Assembly: GCA_020852715.1 (NCBI GenBank)
Contig: JADZAE010000034.1
Coordinates: forward strand, 57,786 to 121,785
From: Deltaproteobacteria bacterium
Lineage (GTDB): Bacteria > Bdellovibrionota_C > UBA2361 > SZUA-149 > JADZAE01
Reading direction: 5' to 3'
DNA: 64,000 nucleotides
The notes beneath the pieces were generated by a model. It saw nothing but the letters and a program-made list of their open reading frames with translations, was not told the origin of the DNA and made no database searches. The position numbers and the translations under genes were made by a program. This document shows positions 55,343-64,000 of the stretch, piece after piece. The first letter of the stretch is position 1. The number at the start of each line of letters is the position of its first letter.

Positions 55343-55984
55343 CTATATTTCTAAGCTCAACATTACGCCCGCTTCACACCTGCCGAAGCTGACACTTTTA
55401 AATTCATTTTCCAAAACACAAGTAGCAAACCAAAGACCAACACAGCTGGCCCCCTTTAATCCTCGCCAAATGGAACGCAAAGGGGATAATTCGACCTTTA
55501 AAAGATCGCGACAATCGCCGGCACAAATTAATATTTGTCCCCTCCTTTCTTTCTCCAAAGGAAGAGCACTGATCCGTAAAACATAATTATTACTTTTTAA
55601 TTCTTTATCCACCAGCAAAATAAATATCCGCAAGGCCTTGTCTAATAAGGCTGGATTGCTTATCTGATATTCCTGGTCAAACCCCGACCACTGGCAGGAG
55701 TTACGCTGAAGGTCAAAACAAGTATTGGCACGCGAAGCAAAATAATCAACCAATAAAATTGGTCGCACGATTAAATCCGTGGACTTGGTGACTTCTTTAA
55801 GCGAATCTAGCTCTTTCATCAGTGAGGCTAGCGTCTCATCTGCTAACGCCCAATCACTTGCCCCAATTTGATAACCCTGTCTCTGATCGTTAACAATCCC
55901 CGCGGGAATAGCTAAAGAGTTTCGCAAATCATGCAGGAAACCACGCCATAGCGCCTGAATATCTTCTAATTCGCTTTCTTTCAT
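55343..55984 (-). CDS. degenerate histidine-kinase-like protein (H-box present, ATP-binding G-boxes decayed)
   Basis: FLHDLRNSLAIPAGI is an H-box-like motif. The C-terminal half has only a vestigial GLKGASCVGLWFATCVLE in place of GxGLGL. 213 aa with no transmembrane segment. Confidence 0.45.
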   Translation of the reverse strand: MKESELEDIQALWRGFLHDLRNSLAIPAGIVNDQRQGYQIGASDWALADETLASLMKELDSLKEVTKSTDLIVRPILLVDYFASRANTCFDLQRNSCQWSGFDQEYQISNPALLDKALRIFILLVDKELKSNNYVLRISALPLEKERRGQILICAGDCRDLLKVELSPLRSIWRGLKGASCVGLWFATCVLENEFKSVSFGRCEAGVMLSLEI

Positions 55985-55997
55985 TAGCAGCCGTTAA

Positions 55998-57758
55998 TCA
56001 CAATCCTTTGAAAATGTAGGACTCAATTAAATCCTCAATCATTTCCTCTTTCTGCTCAGCTGTCACCGCGTTTCGTCGTGGGCGACGTAGTGCTAAACGC
56101 GGAGTGACCCCCAAGTAATCGGCATAATCATAATGCTGGCGGAAACTGGCAATTTCATTGCGAACAGTAAGATCTTTATCGTTAAAATAAAGCAACGCCA
56201 AATCAGATTTGATAAAATTCTTTCTGTTGATTTCAATATCCGGAGCCCAAGGAGTAGCTCCTACCCCAGTAGGAAATAAATGCTTAACATCAGGCGATTC
56301 CACGTTATTTGTATCAATCATCGCTCGTCCTACACGCTCAGGATAGGCAAGAGTGAAATTGTAAACAAACTCCCCTCCCGTACCCACGCCATAGAAATAC
56401 ATTTCGCGCGTATCTATTCCACCTTTTGTTTTCAATAATTCCAGTATCTCAAAAAAGCGCTTGTCCGAGCGGTACTCCATAAGATTAAATTTATGGTAAT
56501 AAGGGAAAGTATAGAGATCAAAAATCGGAACCAAGACACCAAACTTATAATTCCGTGCTATCCTCTGACAGGTATCAAAAAGCTGATCATAGGCAAAATC
56601 GTTACCATGAATACAAACCATCAAGCGTGGTCTGTTCTTGTCATCAGCACGACGCGTAGGAATATAAAGCAAATACTTTGTTCCTTTATAATTAGCTACG
56701 ATCTTTGCTTGGCCGGGGATAAAAACTTCATCGATACTCTCCCGATCTTGTTTTTTTCGTAGGGTGTCTACACTGTAACGATATAATCTAGCCACGTTAG
56801 TGACTAATAAATCATCCAGGCCTTGTTCTAATCCCTTAAGCGCCTTTGGTGTTCCGATACGCGTCAAAGCCGATAAAGCCAGACCATAGGAATCATAACT
56901 GTTAAGCAGCGCTTCTTTTTTTCCATAGGTATTTACAACACTGAGCAACAGAGGGATGGCCCGCTCGTCACCAAGATAACCAAGTGCAACAATGATGGCA
57001 TCGCGAACTTCCGTATTCGAAGATCTTCTGAACTCATCATATAACGTTTTAAAAACACGTCTGTCTTTAAGCTTACCCAGAACTTTTACCAAAGTAGATT
57101 GACTAAAATCGTTAAAGCCACCTTTTTGCACAATATTAGCCAGCTGTTCAGCATCCACATCTCTAATTACTCGAAAGAGAAGCACAGCAGCCTCATTAGC
57201 TTTATATTCATCATTAGAGGCAAGCTGATCCATTAAAAGCTCAATCACTTGCTCATGACTATAGCCGTCCAGAAGTTTTTCCTCCGCATCTTTCGGAAAG
57301 AGGTAGCGCACAGCTTCTTCGTGTTCAATGGAATCCTTAGCTAAGATATCCATTAAAGCTTTCTTGCCAGCAGGAATATTCGCACTTATCGCACTAGCAG
57401 AAGAATTCATGTTCTGATTATCGGAATTAGTTAGCGGATTCAAAAAGGGCGCGTCAGCCGCAAAGGTTTTATAAATATCCGCCGTCGCCATCGCTGAGGC
57501 TGCAGAACTCTGGGAAAGACTTTCCGGCGAGGACAAGGCGCCTGCTACTTGCTCTGATGAAGATATTGTCTGCACTGCAGCAACCGATGACGGCAAAGAA
57601 GCGACCGATGAGCTAACGACCGACGACGAGCTTACATCTTTCTCTGGGAAATAAGGTTTGGGCGGCGTAAAGTTGTCGCTAGGAGTAAATAATAAATAAA
57701 GGATAAACAACAAAACAAGAATAACTAAAACAACTACTACCTTTTTAAGCTTCTCCAT
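55998..57758 (-). CDS. membrane-anchored HEAT-repeat protein with a C-terminal alpha/beta-hydrolase-like region that lacks an obvious Ser nucleophile
   Basis: N-terminal transmembrane helix plus a Ser-rich linker. HEAT/PBS-lyase-like repeats (VRDAIIVALGYLGDERAIPLL). C-terminal LMVCIHGND...FYGVGTGGEF sits where GxSxG would be expected. Confidence 0.5.
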   Translation of the reverse strand: MEKLKKVVVVLVILVLLFILYLLFTPSDNFTPPKPYFPEKDVSSSSVVSSSVASLPSSVAAVQTISSSEQVAGALSSPESLSQSSAASAMATADIYKTFAADAPFLNPLTNSDNQNMNSSASAISANIPAGKKALMDILAKDSIEHEEAVRYLFPKDAEEKLLDGYSHEQVIELLMDQLASNDEYKANEAAVLLFRVIRDVDAEQLANIVQKGGFNDFSQSTLVKVLGKLKDRRVFKTLYDEFRRSSNTEVRDAIIVALGYLGDERAIPLLLSVVNTYGKKEALLNSYDSYGLALSALTRIGTPKALKGLEQGLDDLLVTNVARLYRYSVDTLRKKQDRESIDEVFIPGQAKIVANYKGTKYLLYIPTRRADDKNRPRLMVCIHGNDFAYDQLFDTCQRIARNYKFGVLVPIFDLYTFPYYHKFNLMEYRSDKRFFEILELLKTKGGIDTREMYFYGVGTGGEFVYNFTLAYPERVGRAMIDTNNVESPDVKHLFPTGVGATPWAPDIEINRKNFIKSDLALLYFNDKDLTVRNEIASFRQHYDYADYLGVTPRLALRRPRRNAVTAEQKEEMIEDLIESYIFKGL

Positions 57759-57782
57759 AATTACTTCCCCTGTCGTAAGAAA

Positions 57783-58787
57783 CTAATTGTGTTTCAAAAA
57801 ATTATTTATACCGTCAATTCCCTCAATCTTCTTGGCTAGCCGTGCCCCTAATTGTCCGACTATTTGCGAAGCTAGCAAGTTAGCTAGCCCGGCCGAATCT
57901 TTTAGTGCATAGCCATGATTAATTCCATACAAGAAGCCTCCGGCAAACATATCTCCTGCTCCTGTGGTATCCAACGCTTTTACGACAATTCCCGGAAGTT
58001 CAACGATTTCACTGTCCCATTTTACCAATACCCCGGCAGCGCCTTTGGTAATAACATAACTTCTTGTTTCGTCTTTTATGGCAGCAAAAGCATCGGATAC
58101 GTTATCCTTCTCTGTCAGTTTACAGATCTCTGCGGCATTCGCAAAAACCAAATCACTCTTAGCTACAACTTCTCTTAGTAAATCTCCGACAACATCAACC
58201 AGAAAACTATCAGAACAACTAATAGCAATTTTAGTTTTATTTCTTTCTGCTAAATCAATTGCCGAACGCACCAACTCCGGCCCCTGCGGCGACATTAATA
58301 AATAACCCTCAATGTAAAGCCAATTGCTACGAGCAATAATTGACTCACTCAAGTCGGCTGGGCCCAGATCACTGGCCGCGCCTAAACAAGTATTCATTGT
58401 CCGTTCAGCATCAGGAGTAATAACAATTAAACAAGTTCCTGTCGGCTTGTTGTGACGTGAAGAAACAGGCAGCTCAATTCCCAGCTGCTTCATTTCCTGA
58501 TTATAAAATTTACCGTATTGATCGCTCCCCGTAACACCAAAGAATGCCCCCCTCCCTCCTAGCTGGGAAAGAATAATCACGGAATTTGCTGCTGATCCGC
58601 CGCTGCAACGACTAAGCGGAAATTCATTGAGAGATTCCAGTAATTTTTCCTGATCTTCCTCGCTAACCAAACACATTCTTCCGCGCGTTAGGTTAAGCGT
58701 AGAAAATACCCCCTCAGATACACTTATTTGCAAATCAACTATCGCATGCCCCAAAGCGCAAACATCTATTGTCTTATTCCTATCCAT
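57783..58787 (-). CDS. pfkB-family carbohydrate/nucleoside kinase (adenosine kinase-like)
   Basis: GGSAANS near the N-terminus and DTTGAGDMFAGGFLYG near the C-terminus. Confidence 0.8.
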   Translation of the reverse strand: MDRNKTIDVCALGHAIVDLQISVSEGVFSTLNLTRGRMCLVSEEDQEKLLESLNEFPLSRCSGGSAANSVIILSQLGGRGAFFGVTGSDQYGKFYNQEMKQLGIELPVSSRHNKPTGTCLIVITPDAERTMNTCLGAASDLGPADLSESIIARSNWLYIEGYLLMSPQGPELVRSAIDLAERNKTKIAISCSDSFLVDVVGDLLREVVAKSDLVFANAAEICKLTEKDNVSDAFAAIKDETRSYVITKGAAGVLVKWDSEIVELPGIVVKALDTTGAGDMFAGGFLYGINHGYALKDSAGLANLLASQIVGQLGARLAKKIEGIDGINNFLKHN

Positions 58788-59070
58788 TCTCCTACAAATC
58801 CCTACGAAATAAACGCACTATGTATATGGACTGCTGTATAAACACATCGCGGCTTTTATAACAGCCAAAAACTAGTTTCGGCGCAATGATTCTATTTGGC
58901 AGAGTTCTGAAAAGGCGAAGGATCAGCATGGGCACTGTCAGATTCACACGTAAATTTTGATGCTCTCGTCAATAGGTCAACACCCCCAGCGCGTGATTAG
59001 TATAACTTAAATGCAGTAACTTATTTAGTTATTTTATCTGTTTAGAACAAATCTGATCGCGTGCTTATTC

Positions 59071-59086
59071 AGGAACGGTCCTTGCA
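59071..59086 (+). promoter_or_regulatory. candidate sigma-54 (-24/-12) promoter upstream of motA
   Basis: aGGaACGgtccTTGCA compared with the consensus TGGCACG-N4-TTGCW. The GG-N10-GC spacing is exact. It lies about 150-230 nt upstream of the possible motA starts. Confidence 0.4.
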
Positions 59087-59231
59087 ACCCAAGAGCCAAG
59101 CAGAACTTTAGCAAAAGACTGGGAATGTACCGAGGGCCAGATAAGTATCCGCTAGGGCGCAGCATATCCTGTGACTAGTGAAAGAAAATCATGGTTTAAC
59201 TACAAACGCAGATTAGATACCGAGTGAAAAT

Positions 59232-60032
59232 ATGTTTTATACAAGCAATAAATATAACTTTTTTACCCAAGAGCAAGAGCTTAATCATTGTTCTATAATT
59301 GGCATGCTCTCAGCCTTTTCGTTGGTCATTATAGCTATTTTTTTAGGCGGGAACTTAACCTCCTTCTTTGATTTTGATAGCATGCTAATTGTGGTGGGCG
59401 GCACGGTCGGGGCCGCTTTTATAAACTTTTCGGTAAGCGATTTTTCCAATCTCTTAAACAGCTTAAAATCCATCTTGTTTCCCGAAACGCAGCATCCCCA
59501 ACAGCGTATCGAAAGAATTCTGTCGTTAGCTGAACGTTGCCGACGCGAAGGACATTTAGCTCTACAAAATGAGGCCGTTTACGAAAACGATCCTTTCCTA
59601 AGAAAAGCGCTAGAGCTAGTAGCCGACGATATTAAAGCTGAGCAAGTGGAACGCATCCTGGAAATCGAACTCTCCTTTCACAATGATCAGTATCGAAAAA
59701 GTTCTCAACTACTCCAAGCTATGGGGAGCACCGCGCCAGCAATGGGCTTAATCGGCACATTAATCGGACTCGTGCAAATGCTTAATCAACTGAATAACTA
59801 CGCAGCTATTGGCCCATCCCTGGCGCTTGCTCTGCTGACAACTTTTTACGGGGCAATGCTAGCCAACTTAGTTTTTCTGCCATTAGCCGGTAAAATGCTC
59901 AGACAAAGCGAAGAGGAACACTTAATTTATGAAATCACCATGGAAGGAGTATTAGATATTCTAAATCGCACCCATCCACGCTTAGTAGAGCAGCGACTAA
60001 GTGGTTTCATATCGCAGCGAGAAAGGGTTTAG
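59232..60032 (+). CDS. motA: flagellar stator protein MotA/PomA
   Basis: APAMGLIGTLIGLVQML and TTFYGAMLANLVFLPLAGKM. The likely true start is the ATG at 59304 (MLSAFSLVIIAIFLGG). Confidence 0.85.
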   Translation: MFYTSNKYNFFTQEQELNHCSIIGMLSAFSLVIIAIFLGGNLTSFFDFDSMLIVVGGTVGAAFINFSVSDFSNLLNSLKSILFPETQHPQQRIERILSLAERCRREGHLALQNEAVYENDPFLRKALELVADDIKAEQVERILEIELSFHNDQYRKSSQLLQAMGSTAPAMGLIGTLIGLVQMLNQLNNYAAIGPSLALALLTTFYGAMLANLVFLPLAGKMLRQSEEEHLIYEITMEGVLDILNRTHPRLVEQRLSGFISQRERV

Positions 60033-60035
60033 ACC

Positions 60036-60569
60036 ATGAGGAGCTACTGTCGGAGAAAACATCATAACCTTTCCGCTCACAGTGCTGATACTTTTATTAC
60101 ATCGTATCTTACGCTGATCATCATTTTGGTCGGAGTTTTTGTTTACTTGACTTCCGGCGCAGAAATAAATCTCACTGCAGTGGCGGCACCTGTTTCCAGC
60201 ACTACAAATAGTGAAGAAGCGAGTGCTCCCGTTTTTATTAAAGAAGTGTATCTCCCACAAATATTTGCCGTAAATAATAAAATCAACTCGCATTCGGAGA
60301 ATTTATTAAAACTTATTTCCAGCTATGCCCGAGCAAGAAATTTAACTATAATTGGCGAAATTAACTTCCCGGCAAACCAAGCTACACAATTAGCGCAGGC
60401 TACGCCCCATGGGGAGCAAACCGCTATCTTATGGCAGTATTTTCAGCGCCATGGCATCCGCCGCAATAATAGTTTTTTTATGCTAACTCCGGCGCGCAGT
60501 GCTATTTTTAGCAATATGTTAGCCATCAAATTATATAAAAACTTTCCAACCGCTAGTTACCCCTTATGA
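60036..60569 (+). CDS. short MotB-like stator protein 1
   Basis: The single transmembrane helix is preceded by an Asp (SADTFITSYLTLIIILVGVFV), as in the MotB plug/channel segment. The C-terminal region is only weakly OmpA-like. 177 aa. Confidence 0.45.
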   Translation: MRSYCRRKHHNLSAHSADTFITSYLTLIIILVGVFVYLTSGAEINLTAVAAPVSSTTNSEEASAPVFIKEVYLPQIFAVNNKINSHSENLLKLISSYARARNLTIIGEINFPANQATQLAQATPHGEQTAILWQYFQRHGIRRNNSFFMLTPARSAIFSNMLAIKLYKNFPTASYPL

Positions 60570-61144
60570 AAAGAGGCATATCTTCAACAAATTCTTCTCT
60601 GGCTTTAACCGGCAATACACAGCCGGCATGGTTATTAACTTTTTCTGATCTACTTACATTGCTTTTAACATTTTTTGTTGTTCGTTACGCCCTTATTCAT
60701 CAAGCGCCTGAAGAAGTGCGCAAATCATTATCTCTAGTTCTCAACAGCAATTTCAGAGAAGCCGGCACGAGAGGAAACGACTCATTACCGGCCAGCATTT
60801 CCGGCTCAGCACTGGAAATCAATGAGGATATATTTCAACTTGGCCAAAGTACATTAAATTTCGAAAATACGATTAAGGTTCGATCAATTGCGAAAGCGCT
60901 CGTCGCCAGAAAGGCAAAATCAATTATTATTTATGCGGAGACTTCCGCCAACAAAGGCAATAACTGGGATTTAGCTAAGGAAAGAGCATTGGTAATATAT
61001 CGACAATTTATTGACGCTGGTGTCGAAAGAAAGTCAATTTCTCTTTCTTTTTATGACTTAACGTTGGCAGATAATAAAAGTTTACCAGTAATTGCGGATT
61101 ATCATCGAGGCGAACTAAAAATCATGGTTAAAGGACTGCAATGA
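60566..61144 (+). CDS. motB: short MotB-like stator protein 2
   Basis: PAWLLTFSDLLTLLLTFFVV is a classic MotB transmembrane helix with the conserved Asp. The C-terminal OmpA-like remnant is NWDLAKERALVIYRQFIDAGVERKSISL. ATGA overlap with the preceding gene. 192 aa. Confidence 0.65.
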   Translation: MKRGISSTNSSLALTGNTQPAWLLTFSDLLTLLLTFFVVRYALIHQAPEEVRKSLSLVLNSNFREAGTRGNDSLPASISGSALEINEDIFQLGQSTLNFENTIKVRSIAKALVARKAKSIIIYAETSANKGNNWDLAKERALVIYRQFIDAGVERKSISLSFYDLTLADNKSLPVIADYHRGELKIMVKGLQ

Positions 61145-61264
61145 TCAACGCAAATATCACTAATTCGGATTTTCATGTTTGCGCGCAAAAAAATATTCTC
61201 TTGCATAGCGGCACGTTACCTGTTTTACTCACAAATATATAGTCACTAATTACTGAGGATTGAT

Positions 61265-61798
61265 ATGGCTAAAGATGACTTAGACGAGAAAGAAAACGAA
61301 GAGCAAGCTCAAGAAGATAAACCTAAAAGCAAGAAAAAGTTCTTCATAATTATAGGCGTTGTGGTCCTGGTTTTGATCTTAGGAGGAGTTGGCGCGTTTC
61401 TCGCATTATCTCCAAAAGCAGAGGTTGCCACTGAAGAAGGTGGGGAAGAAGCCAAGACTGAAGAAGCTGCCAGCGAGGGAGAAGGAGCTGAGACTGAGGC
61501 CGCAGGGGCTCTGTTCTCTTTAGATACTTTCATTGTCAATTTGCAGATCAAGGGAAGTTTTCTAAAGACAGATATTCAGCTTGAGATGAAATCTTCAGAA
61601 GATATGGCTAAGGCGGAAGAAGCAGTACCACGCCTACGTGACATTATCATTCAGGTGCTAAGCAGTAAGATGTCTTCAGAGATTTTGACAAACGAGGGAA
61701 AGCTTAAACTCAAAGATGAAATAAAGCAGAATATCAATGATATTCTCGGTGAAGAAAAAGTCATTGAGGTTTATTTCACAGAGTTTATCATTCAGTAA
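61265..61798 (+). CDS. fliL: flagellar basal-body-associated protein FliL
   Basis: Charged N-terminus, one transmembrane helix (FFIIIGVVVLVLILGGVGAFL), then FSLDTFIVNL and the typical FliL C-terminal domain. Its position before fliM fits. Confidence 0.8.
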   Translation: MAKDDLDEKENEEQAQEDKPKSKKKFFIIIGVVVLVLILGGVGAFLALSPKAEVATEEGGEEAKTEEAASEGEGAETEAAGALFSLDTFIVNLQIKGSFLKTDIQLEMKSSEDMAKAEEAVPRLRDIIIQVLSSKMSSEILTNEGKLKLKDEIKQNINDILGEEKVIEVYFTEFIIQ

Positions 61799-61819
61799 AA
61801 TAAGGTCAATAAAGGTTTT

Positions 61820-62842
61820 ATGAACCAGGTTTTAACTCAGGATGAAATAAACGCGCTGCTTCGCGGCTTATCTGACGGTGAAATTGAAACCGAGGTCGTG
61901 CAAGAGCAAGCTGCCAAAGAGGGCGGCATTCGTGGTTATGATTTAGCAAGTCAAGAAAGAATTATTCGCGGCCGCATGCCGACCATGGAACTTATCCATG
62001 ACCGTTTCTGCCGTTCATTTCGCGCTTCCATGTCTAAATTCCTTAGTCGCACATGTTTTGTCAGTGTGGGCGGTATAGAAATTGTAAAATTCGGAATTTT
62101 TCTTAAAAAGCTCCCCTTACCCTCAAGTTTGCATATTTTCCGTATGCCTCCCTTACAAGGGTATGCGCTATTGGTCATTTCCAGTCCGCTGGTATTCGGC
62201 ATAGTGGATACCCTGTTTGGTGGCAAAGGATCAGGTAAAGTAAAAATCGAAGGGCGCGAATTCACGGCGATTGAAACGCGCCTCGTGGGCAAGGTGACAA
62301 TGATGGCCTTGGAAACGATGAAAGAAGCTTGGTCTCCTGTGCATCCAGTCGATTTTGTATATGTTCGTTCCGAATTTAATCCCTTGGCAATAGCAATTGT
62401 TCCACCAACCGATGTGGTAATTATTGTTACTATTGAAGTCGAATTAGAGAATGATAGCACAACATTAACAATGTGCATCCCTTATTCAACGATTGAACCG
62501 ATCCGACAAAAACTTACAACCGGGTTTCAGAGCACAAGATTAGAGGTAGACAACACGGCTTATCAGCGGATGAATGCTAACCTGCAAAAAACTGAGGCCA
62601 ATCTTAAAGTTGAACTCGCTCGCGGGAAAATTAAAGCATTAACCGCGGCCTCTATTAAACCAGGGGATATTATACCGCTAGAAACAAATCCTACCGATGA
62701 AGCTATTATCTTCGTTGAGGGAGTTCCTAAATATAGAGGATTTGTCGGTAGCTATCGCGGCAGTAAGGCTATTCGCATTACCGGCGCAATTCAGAAAACA
62801 GATAGTTCGAATAACGATAATAATGAGAATCAAGTACCGTAA
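61820..62842 (+). CDS. fliM: flagellar motor switch protein FliM
   Basis: The N-terminal LTQDEINALL is the CheY-P binding motif. The middle domain and the C-terminal SpoA-like domain are present. 340 aa. Confidence 0.9.
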   Translation: MNQVLTQDEINALLRGLSDGEIETEVVQEQAAKEGGIRGYDLASQERIIRGRMPTMELIHDRFCRSFRASMSKFLSRTCFVSVGGIEIVKFGIFLKKLPLPSSLHIFRMPPLQGYALLVISSPLVFGIVDTLFGGKGSGKVKIEGREFTAIETRLVGKVTMMALETMKEAWSPVHPVDFVYVRSEFNPLAIAIVPPTDVVIIVTIEVELENDSTTLTMCIPYSTIEPIRQKLTTGFQSTRLEVDNTAYQRMNANLQKTEANLKVELARGKIKALTAASIKPGDIIPLETNPTDEAIIFVEGVPKYRGFVGSYRGSKAIRITGAIQKTDSSNNDNNENQVP

Positions 62843-62851
62843 AGAGGAATT

Positions 62852-63202
62852 ATGGCACAAGAAACAGAAAACATAGTTAAGGGAGTCGCTGAGGCAGCTG
62901 AGGGAATCGTCAAGGCCACTAGCGAAGCATCCGCTGAAATGCCACGCAATTTGGATTTCTTACTCGACGTCACTTTGCAGGTATCTGTCGAGGTGGGGAA
63001 AACGAGAATGAGTATCCAAGATTTGTTGCAGCTCGCGCAAGGATCCGTGATCGAACTCTCCAAGCTTGCCGGTGAACCCTTGGATATCTTCATCAACGAG
63101 AAACATATTGCCCGTGGTGAAGCGGTTATTGTTAATGAAAAGTTTGGCGTGCGCGTCACCGATATTGTTTCCCAGCAAGATCGTCTGCAATCATTAGGAT
63201 AA
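62852..63202 (+). CDS. fliN: flagellar motor switch protein FliN
   Basis: SpoA domain LLDVTLQVSVEVGKTRMSIQDLLQLAQGSVIELSKLAGEPLDIFINEKHIARGEAVIVNEKFGVRVTDI. Confidence 0.9.
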   Translation: MAQETENIVKGVAEAAEGIVKATSEASAEMPRNLDFLLDVTLQVSVEVGKTRMSIQDLLQLAQGSVIELSKLAGEPLDIFINEKHIARGEAVIVNEKFGVRVTDIVSQQDRLQSLG

Positions 63203-63248
63203 GCGCAGACAAAATTTTTAGGTTTTATTTCAGGTTAGTATTAAGGCG

Positions 63249-63746
63249 TTGTTTATGAAAAGCATTCTCTTTATCTTTTTGATAACCGTTATTTATTCTT
63301 TGGGTATGCCAACAGCTTTCGCTGTCGACAAAAACAGTCCAATATTTTCGGCTAACGCAGATAAAAATGATTCTCTCAATGCTAACAAAGCTATCGGAAG
63401 CCAAACTATTAAAGTTGCTGACCTGGCAAAAAAAAGTTCAAAAGGGCTTATTTATTGTTTGGCTGTTTTCCTGATCGCCCTAGCGGTAAAAAACAAACTT
63501 CGCCAACGTCCGGAGAACAACAATAATAAATCTATTAATATCCTCGCGCGCAAAGCCATTACAGCTAAATCTTCTCTGCTACTTGTTACTGTAGAAAATC
63601 AAAAACTACTTCTTGCTCAAAATGGCGATTCCTTAGCTTTAATTTCGGAAATGAATTCATTCGCCCCCTACTTAGCGGAAAAGCTGAGTGCTAGCGGCGA
63701 AAATCCCGATCAAGAACAGCCAATTATGCAAGTGGTAAAAAAATAG
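63249..63746 (+). CDS. fliO: flagellar biosynthesis protein FliO (long form)
   Basis: Located between fliN and fliP. It has a signal/anchor plus an internal transmembrane helix (LIYCLAVFLIALAV), then LLLVTVENQKLLLAQ, which is typical of the FliO C-terminal region. Confidence 0.55.
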   Translation: MFMKSILFIFLITVIYSLGMPTAFAVDKNSPIFSANADKNDSLNANKAIGSQTIKVADLAKKSSKGLIYCLAVFLIALAVKNKLRQRPENNNNKSINILARKAITAKSSLLLVTVENQKLLLAQNGDSLALISEMNSFAPYLAEKLSASGENPDQEQPIMQVVKK

Positions 63747-63751
63747 GTTTT

Positions 63752-64000
63752 ATGAATGTAACTTACAAACAAATTTTCAAATTCACGATCGTAGCATTAA
63801 CTGCGACCTTGATTCTTTATCCCGAGCTGGCATTTGCTAGCTCCAATATGCCTTTGATCAGCATCAACACCGATGGCAAAGAAATGACCAATCCTGAGGT
63901 TTATTCAGGTCTCAAGATTGTCGCTATGTTAACGGCGCTCGTTTTCTTACCCTCAATTATTATGAGCGGTACTTGTTTTACGCGTATCGCTATTGTGCTA
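63752..64000 (+). CDS. fliP: flagellar export apparatus protein FliP, N-terminal part (runs off the right edge)
   Basis: The ATG at 63752 opens a frame that stays open to the end of the window (83 codons). It has a signal peptide and then LKIVAMLTALVFLPSIIMSGTCFTRIAIVL, matching the conserved FliP SFTRI(V/A)IVL segment. Confidence 0.85.
   Translation, partial: MNVTYKQIFKFTIVALTATLILYPELAFASSNMPLISINTDGKEMTNPEVYSGLKIVAMLTALVFLPSIIMSGTCFTRIAIVL

Noticed and set aside
61210-61223. A second sigma-54-like site (GGCACGttacCTGT) upstream of fliL
   Set aside because: The -24 half is good, but the -12 element reads CTGT instead of TTGC (GC replaced by GT). It is too weak to call.
61951-62478. 175-aa antisense ORF inside fliM, and similar antisense or alternate-frame ORFs inside fliN, the glycosyltransferase and the TraG-like genes
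   Set aside because: Each overlaps a gene with clear family motifs on the other strand or frame. They are typical shadow ORFs.

Overview
This 64 kb window is AT-biased (roughly low-40s % GC by eye) and looks like chromosomal DNA from a flagellated Gram-negative bacterium. Thrombospondin-type repeats, FG-GAP proteins and the flagellar gene order suggest a Bdellovibrionota/Oligoflexia-like organism, but that is only a guess. Most of the window is housekeeping: def-fmt-rpe, serA, pgl, a trmD fusion, rsmE, tRNA-Phe, holA, an S49 peptidase, a HIT protein, a PIN-PhoH ATPase, a pfkB kinase, and the start of a flagellar operon (motA, two motB-like genes, fliL-fliM-fliN-fliO-fliP). The standout feature is a tightly packed 15.6 kb minus-strand operon at 37741-53371. 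It encodes a TraF-like thioredoxin-fold protein with a CxxC motif, a 615-aa Cys-rich secreted protein sitting where TraH sits in F-like operons, and five tandem, highly diverged paralogs of a large polytopic membrane protein (688-1007 aa). All five paralogs share the conserved block of the TraG N-terminal (VirB6-like) family of F-type type IV secretion. A giant 1148-aa TraU-like secreted protein lies 33 kb away at 1609-5055. The window contains no VirB4/TraC ATPase, coupling protein, pilin, relaxase or integrase, and the operon's base composition matches its flanks. It therefore looks like a domesticated or repurposed subset of F-type mating-pair/pilus-assembly proteins rather than a conjugative element. 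Other notable items are a GC-rich intergenic repeat family of about 150-300 nt (4 copies, each just 3-prime of a plus-strand gene), an 80-95 nt palindromic element (2 copies), and a dense hairpin array upstream of trmD. There are also two decayed genes (an FG-GAP protein and a GC-rich rhamnulokinase-like gene next to the Tra-like operon), an orphan nuoI-like gene, and a 1391-aa multidomain glycosyltransferase. All family assignments come from motif recognition by eye and from memory. None were verified by a search.
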